The position numbers and the translations under genes are program-made. Below the pieces are notes generated by a model. That model was not told the origin of the DNA and searched no databases. It saw only the letters and a list, made by a program, of their open reading frames with translations. 33,559 nt of DNA from Sandarakinorhabdus sp. (GTDB taxonomy: Bacteria > Pseudomonadota > Alphaproteobacteria > Sphingomonadales > Sphingomonadaceae): assembly GCF_031422795.1 (NCBI RefSeq), contig NZ_JANPML010000057.1:1-33559 (forward strand), written 5' to 3'. Below, piece by piece: positions 26,369 to 32,935 of the stretch (its first letter is position 1; each line of letters opens with the position of its first letter).

Positions 26369-26887
26369 ATGCTGGACCTGGTGAAGGCGTGGCGAGGGCC
26401 GCTGCTGCTGCTGGCGCTGGCTGGCGCGCTGATGACGCTGGTGAAGTGTGCCGAAGGGCGGGTGAACGGAGCGTGGCAGGCCGGGCAGAGCACGGCTGTG
26501 GTGGCGCATACGGGCGCCAAGCGGGTGACAGAGGCAGCGGCTGGCCAGGCCAGCGCGCGGATCGGGGAGAAGGTTGATGCGGATATTGCGGATGTGCGGC
26601 GTTCTGGTGCTGCTGCTCGGCAGCGGGTGCGCGGCAAGGCGGGTGCTGCCGGCCGAACGGATCTGCCCAGCGTGGCCCGATGCGCCGTCGGGACTGATGC
26701 TGCCGCCGGCGCAGAGATCGTTGTTGTCGAGGATCCCGAGCTGAGGCTGCAGCTGGTGGACGTGGCCGAGGAGGGCGACGTGTACCGGGCGCAGGTGATG
26801 GGCTGGCAGGCGTGGTGGAGGGAGCAAAAGGCGGCATGGGCGCTGGGGGCGCAGGTGACGGGGAAGCCGCCAGACGACGCGCGCTGA
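26369..26887 (+). CDS. Rz: Inner-membrane spanin (Rz-like)
   Basis: SD AAGGAG, ATG 26369. One N-terminal TM helix followed by an Ala-rich helical periplasmic domain, with a nested lipoprotein ORF. Confidence 0.7.
   Translation: MLDLVKAWRGPLLLLALAGALMTLVKCAEGRVNGAWQAGQSTAVVAHTGAKRVTEAAAGQASARIGEKVDADIADVRRSGAAARQRVRGKAGAAGRTDLPSVARCAVGTDAAAGAEIVVVEDPELRLQLVDVAEEGDVYRAQVMGWQAWWREQKAAWALGAQVTGKPPDDAR
26577..26744 (+). CDS. Rz1: Outer-membrane lipoprotein spanin (Rz1-like), nested in the +1 frame of Rz
   Basis: SD GGAGAAGG. 55 aa MRILRMCGVLVLLLGSGCAARRVLPAERICPAWPDAPSGLMLPPAQRSLLSRIPS, with a lipobox-like LGSG-C and a Pro-rich mature part. Confidence 0.8.
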   Translation: MRILRMCGVLVLLLGSGCAARRVLPAERICPAWPDAPSGLMLPPAQRSLLSRIPS

Positions 26888-26907
26888 CATTGTTGAGACG
26901 ACGCTTG

Positions 26908-26944
26908 AAGGGCGGCGGGGGCGAAGGCCTCCGCCGCCCTTTTT
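26908..26944 (+). terminator. Intrinsic terminator of the late operon
   Basis: AAGGGCGGCGGGGGC-GAAG-GCCTCCGCCGCCC-TTTTT. Confidence 0.85.
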
Positions 26945-26988
26945 CGTGCGCGTGTGGGGCGGCGTGGAGCGAAGGCGAGGGTGGCGAT

Positions 26989-27083
26989 GGGAGGGGGGGA
27001 GGGTAAAAGAATGGAAGCAAGGCTGCCCAAAACCGCCCGGTAAGTTGCATTTTCTCTGCGAGTTAAAAAATCGAGGGGGGTTT
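26989..27083 (+). other. cos-like packaging signal (putative)
   Basis: GGGGGGGAGGGTAAAA...ACCGCCCGG...ATTTTCTCTGCGAGTTAAAAAATCGAGGGGGG resembles from memory the G-run / ACCG core / T-run / A-run pattern around cos in HK97-like phages. Confidence 0.45.
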
Positions 27084-27150
27084 CGGTTGGCGGGCTGGCG
27101 GGCTATCAAGCCCAGCCGGCCGCGTTTCGGACGTTCAAGCGCTGGGGCCC

Positions 27151-28149
27151 TTAACCGGGAACACAGTGCACCGCCGGCACCACCCGAACTGCCATCCCTG
27201 GCCGGCGCAGTTTCGACACGATGTTGTTGGCAAGGAAATCGGCGGCGAAGGTGGTGGGCGCGGTGATCACCAGCTCGCCGTCGGCCAGTCGCATCCCAAC
27301 ATCGGCCAGCCAGGCGCGATAATTGCTCTCGCCCAGCATCGCCCGCGCGGCGGCACGGATCCGCGCTTCGCCCTCGCCCTCCCCTGCCCGCTCGATCGGC
27401 GGCCCCGGATCCCGCGCGGGCTCGGCCTTCGCCTCGGCCGGCGTGAACTGCCCATCCAGCATCCGGTCGAACAGGTTCAGCTTGGCCGCGTTGCCCACCC
27501 CGAACACGGCATCGAACGACCAGAACATGTCCCCCTGGCCCGGCGGAGCCCGCTTTTCGGCGCGAGCGCGCTCGGTGCGTTGCACCACCATCAGGGTGCG
27601 GCCCAGCCCAGCCTCTGCGATCCTCGCGGCCAGAGCCCCCCGCCGTGCCATGCCGCGCGCCACTGGCGGCAGCCCGGCCCGCTGGTGGAAGGCATCCCAC
27701 GCGGCGAACACCTGGTCCACCTCATCCAGAACCGGCGCCGCAGGCTCGCGCGCGCGCTCGGGTGGTGAGAGTGGTATCGTAGATTGGTTATTATCTCTCT
27801 CTCTATAAGACCCCCTGACAGACTGGCAGGCGGGGGCTGACAGATTGGCAGCCGGGGCTGACACAGCGGCAGGGGCTGACACGCCCTGGCCTGGGTGCAC
27901 GATGGTCTTCACATCGGCCCCCGGCTTGCCCGGTTCGCGCGTGATATGTCCCGCCGCCGCCAGATCGACATAAGCCCGGTGCACGGTGCGCTTCGAAAAG
28001 CCGGTGCGCTCAGCAATATCGGCGGTGGTCAGCGATGATCGATCACCGTCATAGGCTCGCGCTTCATCAGCCAACACCACAAGCACGGCCCGTGCTGGTC
28101 CCTTGATGCCCTTCAGCTGGTGCACCCGTTTGAGCAGTTGCCAGCTCAT
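27151..28149 (-). CDS. Replication initiator: N-terminal winged HTH and C-terminal DnaA domain-I-like domain
   Basis: N-terminal AVLVVLAD...IAERTGFSKRTVHRA..L...GHI, internal iteron-encoded SAPAA repeats, and C-terminal LGESNYRAWL......ELVITAPTTFAADFL. Confidence 0.85.
   Translation of the reverse strand: MSWQLLKRVHQLKGIKGPARAVLVVLADEARAYDGDRSSLTTADIAERTGFSKRTVHRAYVDLAAAGHITREPGKPGADVKTIVHPGQGVSAPAAVSAPAANLSAPACQSVRGSYRERDNNQSTIPLSPPERAREPAAPVLDEVDQVFAAWDAFHQRAGLPPVARGMARRGALAARIAEAGLGRTLMVVQRTERARAEKRAPPGQGDMFWSFDAVFGVGNAAKLNLFDRMLDGQFTPAEAKAEPARDPGPPIERAGEGEGEARIRAAARAMLGESNYRAWLADVGMRLADGELVITAPTTFAADFLANNIVSKLRRPGMAVRVVPAVHCVPG
27781..27890. repeat. Replication origin: four iterons plus an AT-rich tract inside rep
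   Basis: CTGACAGACTGGCAG (27815), CTGACAGATTGGCAG (27837), CTGACACAGCGGCAG (27858) and CTGACACGCCCTGGC (27876), next to AGATTGGTTATTATCTCTCTCTCTATAAGA (27781-27810). Confidence 0.8.
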
Positions 28150-28637
28150 ACCGCCGCCCCCTTCTTGACGTTACAGGGGACACACAGAGTCTGGAGATTA
28201 TCGTCTTCATTCGAGCCACCGGCTGATCGAGGAACGATATGATCAATCGAAAGGTCGAGGTGGGAACCACATTTGCAGCAGCGATAGGCATCGCGCTCCA
28301 TGATGCGCTTTCGTTTTGTTGCCGATAACTTGTACTTTGACCGCGTAACGCGGTCAGCGACGGGCTTGTGCTGCAGCGGCTTGGGATCAACGATTGTGTC
28401 CGGACGCTCGCCTGGAGCAGCGCAAACCAGGATGAGCCCCAGTTTCGCCAGCTTTGTCCGCGCCGTTGCAACCCCCCGCCAGGAAAAGCCTGTAAGCCGG
28501 CACAGATCGGAAATCGAGAGCCGCGATGTGTCCCCTCCCCGGTCATCGGCATCGAGGCAGAGCCGGTGCAAGACAGCCTTCTGTGAAGGATGAAGCCCTG
28601 TAACATCATCCGCGCGTTTCACCATCGGCCCGATCAC
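28146..28637 (-). CDS. Winged-HTH (rep-paralogous) fused to an HNH endonuclease
   Basis: C-terminal RD.YRCCKCG...IDHIVPRSAGGSNEDDNLQTLCVPCNVKKG. The N-terminal 85 aa align with the rep N-terminus. Confidence 0.85.
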   Translation of the reverse strand: MIGPMVKRADDVTGLHPSQKAVLHRLCLDADDRGGDTSRLSISDLCRLTGFSWRGVATARTKLAKLGLILVCAAPGERPDTIVDPKPLQHKPVADRVTRSKYKLSATKRKRIMERDAYRCCKCGSHLDLSIDHIVPRSAGGSNEDDNLQTLCVPCNVKKGAAV

Positions 28638-29110
28638 GCCGCCGTCCTTTCGCGATCATGCTGGGCGATGGCGGCGGTGAGTTCCTGCACCATCGGTCGC
28701 GCCTGGTTGATCAAGGCGGCGTGTTCGCGGTGATCCACCCGGCGGTCGCGCAGCGCATTGGCCAGCGCGGCGACAAAGCCCGCGGCGTCAGCATTTACCC
28801 CGTGCCAATCCAGCCCCGCACTTTCCAGCGGCACCAGCTTCATGCCCACCGCCGCCAGCAACTCGTCCAGGGCGGAAGCGTCCAGTGGCAGCAGGTTCAG
28901 GATGGTGTGCAGCTCCGGCAGGCAGCGTTCGGCCTTGGCCTCTTCTAGCGTGCGACGGCAGCACCCAGCGTGATAGGCCACAGCGTCCATGCCATGCACG
29001 TGGGTCAGGCGGCCCAGCGCAGCCGAAAGCGCGCTCTTCGCACGCTCCTTCGTCAGCGGCGCGCGTTTGGGAAGGACTCCGCCCAGCGTCATCGCGCACA
29101 CTCCAGCCAT
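28634..29110 (-). CDS. CII-like regulatory protein
   Basis: Directly downstream of cro. N-terminal HTH-like segment and C-terminal ALANALRDRRVDHRE (AL.DG.I...E-type). Confidence 0.6.
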   Translation of the reverse strand: MAGVCAMTLGGVLPKRAPLTKERAKSALSAALGRLTHVHGMDAVAYHAGCCRRTLEEAKAERCLPELHTILNLLPLDASALDELLAAVGMKLVPLESAGLDWHGVNADAAGFVAALANALRDRRVDHREHAALINQARPMVQELTAAIAQHDRERTAA

Positions 29111-29134
29111 GATGGGAATCGGTTCAACATCGGA

Positions 29135-29365
29135 TCAGGCCGCCTGCGACGCGGGGGCATTCACCATCGCGGCCGCATATTGCTCTGCCGTGATCACCCC
29201 GGCGCCAATCAGCAGCTGGGCCGTGGCCCTTTCCGGAAACCGCTCGCCGGATTCCATGCGGCTAAGGAACGATTGGGAGATACCAATCCGTTTGGCAGCC
29301 TGCTGTTGCGTGATGCCTTCTCGCTCGCGCCACTGGGTGATGAGGGGGGGGAGGTGAATACTCAT
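29135..29365 (-). CDS. cro: Cro-like XRE HTH repressor
   Basis: WREREGITQQQAAKRIGISQSFLSRMESGERFP, divergent from cI, ATG at 29365. Confidence 0.85.
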   Translation of the reverse strand: MSIHLPPLITQWREREGITQQQAAKRIGISQSFLSRMESGERFPERATAQLLIGAGVITAEQYAAAMVNAPASQAA

Positions 29366-29458
29366 GCCGCATCTATGCCAGATAGGCATATATACCTGCA
29401 AGCACTTATGTCAGGCGGGCCATTTTTGGCTGATGCCCGCTCTGGCATAAGTGCTGTC
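29366..29458. promoter_or_regulatory. OR-like switch region with divergent promoters and operators
   Basis: Palindrome TATGCC-N5-GGCATA at 29374-29390, imperfect inverted repeat 29402-29420 / 29435-29454, and minus-strand TTGCAG...CATAGA just before the cro ATG. Confidence 0.75.
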
Positions 29459-30190
29459 ATGTCCGTGCCAGCCAATATCAGAGCGATTCGGAAGCGGCGC
29501 GGGATGACCCAAGATGATCTGGCCTCGGCCATGGGGGTGGAGCAAACCACGATCGCCCGCTGGGAATTGGGTACGCGCCCACTGAACACCAACAGGCTGA
29601 CGCGGCTCGCGGAGGTGCTTGGCGTTGAGATGGCCGAGCTGATGGAAACCTCCGCTTCTGCGGCACCGGCAGCGCCGCCCACCGGCTTCGCCGCGCCAGC
29701 CTCAACCTTCATTCAGCCGCCTATGATCGCGGATCTGCCGCGCGACTTGCCGGTGATGGGCACCGCCCTGGGCGCCGATCTCGATGTATCTGCCACCGAT
29801 AGCGGCGTAGCGAATGCAGAGCGGCTGGAACTGAGCCTGGTGGACGTCATCGAGTATGTGAAGCGGCCGCAAGGCCTTCGCGGCAATGCCGCTTCCTATG
29901 CCCTGTATGTCCAAGGCTATTCGATGAGTCCCCGGCTCGAGCAGGGCGATCTGATCTACGTTGATACGCGCCGCCCGCCTTCCATGGGCGATGATGTGGT
30001 GGTGCAGCTGTGTGCCGAAGAAGGGGATGATCAGGCCGTGATCACCGCGATGGTAAAGCGGCTGGTCCGTCGCACGTCGCAATATGTCGAACTGGAACAG
30101 TTCAACCCGGCGTTGCGCTTCACTATCCCGGTGAATAAAGTGCACGCCGTCCATCGAGTAGTTCGATTGGCGGAATTGCTGGGAATCTGA
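29459..30190 (+). CDS. cI: CI-like repressor (XRE HTH plus S24 autopeptidase)
   Basis: IRAIRKRRGMTQDDLA...TTIARWE HTH, catalytic Ser motif GYSMSP and Lys motif MVKRL. Confidence 0.92.
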   Translation: MSVPANIRAIRKRRGMTQDDLASAMGVEQTTIARWELGTRPLNTNRLTRLAEVLGVEMAELMETSASAAPAAPPTGFAAPASTFIQPPMIADLPRDLPVMGTALGADLDVSATDSGVANAERLELSLVDVIEYVKRPQGLRGNAASYALYVQGYSMSPRLEQGDLIYVDTRRPPSMGDDVVVQLCAEEGDDQAVITAMVKRLVRRTSQYVELEQFNPALRFTIPVNKVHAVHRVVRLAELLGI

Positions 30191-30193
30191 TCT

Positions 30194-30526
30194 GTGGAAG
30201 TCCTCGGCCTGTTTTTCTTTTGGTTCATTCTTGCAGCAGCGGCGGATTGGATCGCATCGGACAAGGGGCGCAGCGGCTGCGGTTTCCAGTTATTCGCGCT
30301 GCTGCTGCCGCTCATCGCTCTGATCGTCGCGTTGGCGCTGACCCCTGATCGTGACCACCTGAACGAAAAGGCCATCAAGAGGGGCAAGAAAAGCCGGTGC
30401 CCAGCCTGCCGTGAGGCAATCGATCCAGAGGCCACGATCTGCCCATTCTGCCGTTCGGATATCGTCCGCCCGCCAAGCGAACTGTCGGCTTCATTTCGAC
30501 TGGGCAAGCGCCTCAGCCGCAAATAA
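30194..30526 (+). CDS. Membrane protein with a C-terminal zinc ribbon, likely co-transcribed with cI
   Basis: Two TM segments with IASDKGRS between them, then CPAC.E.I...A.ICPFC. Confidence 0.75.
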   Translation: MEVLGLFFFWFILAAAADWIASDKGRSGCGFQLFALLLPLIALIVALALTPDRDHLNEKAIKRGKKSRCPACREAIDPEATICPFCRSDIVRPPSELSASFRLGKRLSRK

Positions 30527-30578
30527 TGCCCTAGCGGCATAATTATGCCTTGACCCGTAAATGCCACATAGGCATAAA
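30525..30578 (+). promoter_or_regulatory. OL/pL-like operators and early promoter
   Basis: AATGCC-N5-GGCATA at 30525-30541 and 30560-30576, a half site TATGCC at 30544, and TTGACC (30550)-17 nt-CATAAA. Same operator consensus as the OR region. Confidence 0.8.
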
Positions 30579-30642
30579 TACCCCCGTCGCCGCTGGCCGG
30601 GGGGAATAGGCCCCTTCGCCACGCGGCGGCGGGGAGCCATCC

Positions 30643-31599
30643 GTGGCCAAGAAATTTCCAGATTGGAACCGCCCGATGCTGGCCGAGCGCCAGCTGGTGG
30701 GGGAGGAGAAGCGCCTGGCGCTGCGCGGCCTGACGGCAGAGCAGGTTCGCGCTGATCTGATCATCGCCGCCGCGCACCACGATGGCAGCAGCCGCAACGC
30801 ACGGCTCTGCGATCTGGCCGCCAGTCTGGATATTTCCCAGGCCTACACCGAAAACGCGCTATCTGGCCGCGTGCCGCTGGGCGATGCGCTGCTGGATGGC
30901 CTCTACGGCCCGTCTCCCGCCAACGAGCTGCCCGACGATTGGGAATTCCCCAGCGACTTCGGCCCGATGCTGCCCGACGCCATCGCGGCTGGCCTGGTCG
31001 AAACCAGCGGCTTTGTCGCCGTCGAACCCGATTCCGCCCCCGCGCCCGTTCCCACTGTTGCTGGCGCTGCGGCGGATCCTGTCGCCGAAATCTTCCCCCC
31101 TGATACGGCGACAGACCTGCCGGTGGTGGCCGAAACCACCATCTCCGCACCCGAGCTGGGCACGTCGCCCTGTGTCGGCGATGCGGCCACCACCGGCACT
31201 TTTGATCTGAATTCGCTGCGCACACCGGAACCGGCCAGCCAGGATGGGGAGGGCACGCTGCGCGAGGGCAGCACCATCCCGGCTGGCCCGCAGGGTCAAT
31301 CCCCGGTGCTGCTGCGCGACGCGGCGGGGGAGGGCGCACCCGACCGCGCCTCTCCCCCGCCGCCCACCAACAGCTTCACCCGCGTGCTGGTTGAACTTGA
31401 CGAGATGGAGCACGCCGCAGCGGCGGAGATCAGGGATGCAGAGGCGGATGCTGCGGCTGCCGAACGGCGAGTGCAGCTGGCCCGCCTGACCTATGATGCA
31501 CTGGTCACCGCCCGCAACAGCGTCGCCGAGGCTCACCGACGCGCCCTGGAACTGATCAACAACCCGCCGGTAACGCTGGCCGAACGGCGGGCAGCGTGA
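30643..31599 (+). CDS. Early protein: HTH-like N-terminus, acidic Pro-rich linker, C-terminal coiled coil
   Basis: SD GGGGAG with GTG start. LCDLAASLDISQAYTENALSG. First gene after the pL-like promoter. Confidence 0.65.
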   Translation: MAKKFPDWNRPMLAERQLVGEEKRLALRGLTAEQVRADLIIAAAHHDGSSRNARLCDLAASLDISQAYTENALSGRVPLGDALLDGLYGPSPANELPDDWEFPSDFGPMLPDAIAAGLVETSGFVAVEPDSAPAPVPTVAGAAADPVAEIFPPDTATDLPVVAETTISAPELGTSPCVGDAATTGTFDLNSLRTPEPASQDGEGTLREGSTIPAGPQGQSPVLLRDAAGEGAPDRASPPPPTNSFTRVLVELDEMEHAAAAEIRDAEADAAAAERRVQLARLTYDALVTARNSVAEAHRRALELINNPPVTLAERRAA

Positions 31600-31802
31600 G
31601 CTCGGCGCGGCTGTGCTTGAAGCGGTTGGCTGCTGGCCCCGCCACCGCTGCTGAACTTGCGGACTGCTGCGCCGACAGCTCGGGCGCCGTTGCCCGCACG
31701 ATGAATGGCCTGATTGGCAAAGGTCTGGTTCGGCGCGTGGACGGCAAGTCGGGCCGCGGCTTCAGGGCGGTGTATGCCCTGGTTACCCGGGGGGCAGCAT
31801 GA
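31596..31802 (+). CDS. Small winged-HTH (MarR-like) protein
   Basis: GPATAAELA......VARTMNGLIGKGLVRR...VYAL. Confidence 0.7.
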   Translation: MSSARLCLKRLAAGPATAAELADCCADSSGAVARTMNGLIGKGLVRRVDGKSGRGFRAVYALVTRGAA

Positions 31803-32092
31803 GCCGCCTCTGCCCCCGCCACCTCGGCCCGGTTGTCACCGACGCCACCTGGCGCGAGCCCGGCCGCGAGTTCTCCGGCTGGCGCTGGGGCCGGAACCAG
31901 TGGGAGCGGGACAGCATCGCCGCCCTGATCGACCGCCCGCCGCCCACCACTTTCACTGATGTCGCCCGCGACGTGCTGCGCCCTGCCGCGCGCTTCACCG
32001 CCCGCCACTCCACCGCCGCCGCCCGCGCCCTCTGGGCCGGCCTGCGCGCCTTCGCTGCCACCTATCGGGAGAGCCTGCGTGTCCACCCCTGA
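31799..32092 (+). CDS. Hypothetical early protein
   Basis: ATGA-coupled start within the operon. Confidence 0.55.
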   Translation: MSRLCPRHLGPVVTDATWREPGREFSGWRWGRNQWERDSIAALIDRPPPTTFTDVARDVLRPAARFTARHSTAAARALWAGLRAFAATYRESLRVHP

Positions 32093-32363
32093 TCGCATCG
32101 ATATTATCGCCGCCGCTGCGCTGCAGGGCTATCTGGCCCAGTGGCCGCTGGGCCTGCAGCGCCCCACTGGCGATGCGATGGCCGATCTGGCCCGCTGGGC
32201 GCTGGAATTCGGCCACCGCTATCACGCGCTGCGCCAGCCCGGCCCGGTCCCAGTGGCCGATCCGCCCAGCCCACCGCCCACCCGCACCGATGTCAACGTG
32301 GTCCCGATCTGCGGGGGCCTCGGCGAACTGAAGGCGGTGCAGGTGATGGGGCCAATCTCGTGA
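32079..32363 (+). CDS. Hypothetical early protein
   Basis: GGGAG SD, GTG 32079. DIIAAAALQGYLA motif. Confidence 0.55.
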   Translation: MSTPDRIDIIAAAALQGYLAQWPLGLQRPTGDAMADLARWALEFGHRYHALRQPGPVPVADPPSPPPTRTDVNVVPICGGLGELKAVQVMGPIS

Positions 32364-32518
32364 ACCGCACGCCCCACCCCACCGATATTGCCCGCCGCCT
32401 CCGCCAACTGGCCGGGCCACTGTTGCTGGCGATCGGCGTAATTGGCTGCGCCGTGGCGATGCTGCTGATGATGCTGATCGGTTCCGGCTGGATCGGCCCG
32501 GAAGGGCTGCGCTGGTGA
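32360..32518 (+). CDS. Small single-TM early protein
   Basis: GTGA-coupled start and hydrophobic PLLLAIGVIGCAVAMLLMMLIG. Confidence 0.55.
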   Translation: MNRTPHPTDIARRLRQLAGPLLLAIGVIGCAVAMLLMMLIGSGWIGPEGLRW

Positions 32519-32703
32519 TCCGCCGCCTGCTCCGCGCCCTGGCCGGCCAGCCCACCCCATCCGACGCCGGCCGCGCGCTGGCCCGCCGCGCCATCCAGAT
32601 CAAGGCCGCCGCCCGCCGCCAGGCCATCATCGATCACATCCACAGCTTCGGCCCCGCCGCCCGCGGGCTCGATCGCCTCACCGAAGGATCCCCGAATGTC
32701 TGA
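32515..32703 (+). CDS. Hypothetical basic early protein
   Basis: GTGA-coupled start. MIRRLLRAL...SDAGRALA. Confidence 0.55.
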   Translation: MIRRLLRALAGQPTPSDAGRALARRAIQIKAAARRQAIIDHIHSFGPAARGLDRLTEGSPNV

Positions 32704-32935
32704 TGAACCCGTCTCCGCCACCCAGCTGCGCCTGTTCATCGAGCGCATCGAAACGCTGGAGGAAGAAAGGAAGGGCATCAGCGACGACATCAAGGATGTC
32801 TATGCCGAAGCCAAAGGCACCGGTTTCGACATCAAGGTGATGAAGCAGCTGGTGCGCCTTCGCAAAATGGAAACCGCCGCCCGCCAGGAGTGGGAGCAGC
32901 TGCTCGAAACCTACAAGTTGGCGGTGGGCCTGTGA
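32696..32935 (+). CDS. gapR: GapR (DUF2312) nucleoid-associated protein homolog
   Basis: QLRLFIERIETLEEERKGISDDIKDVYAEAKGTGFD.K.M...VRLRK....R.E.EQLLETY...G. Confidence 0.92.
   Translation: MSDEPVSATQLRLFIERIETLEEERKGISDDIKDVYAEAKGTGFDIKVMKQLVRLRKMETAARQEWEQLLETYKLAVGL

Noticed and set aside
26204-27700. 498-aa and 471-aa minus-strand ORFs across the lysis/rep junction
   Set aside because: Low-complexity Arg/Pro/Ala translations that cross a terminator and overlap better-supported genes.
27794-27804. (TC)n microsatellite as a phase-variation tract in rep
   Set aside because: Short, and better explained as part of the AT-rich origin unwinding region next to the iterons.
28970-29458. 406-aa N-terminally extended cI
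   Set aside because: The extension overlaps cro and the operator region. The HTH begins right after ATG 29459.
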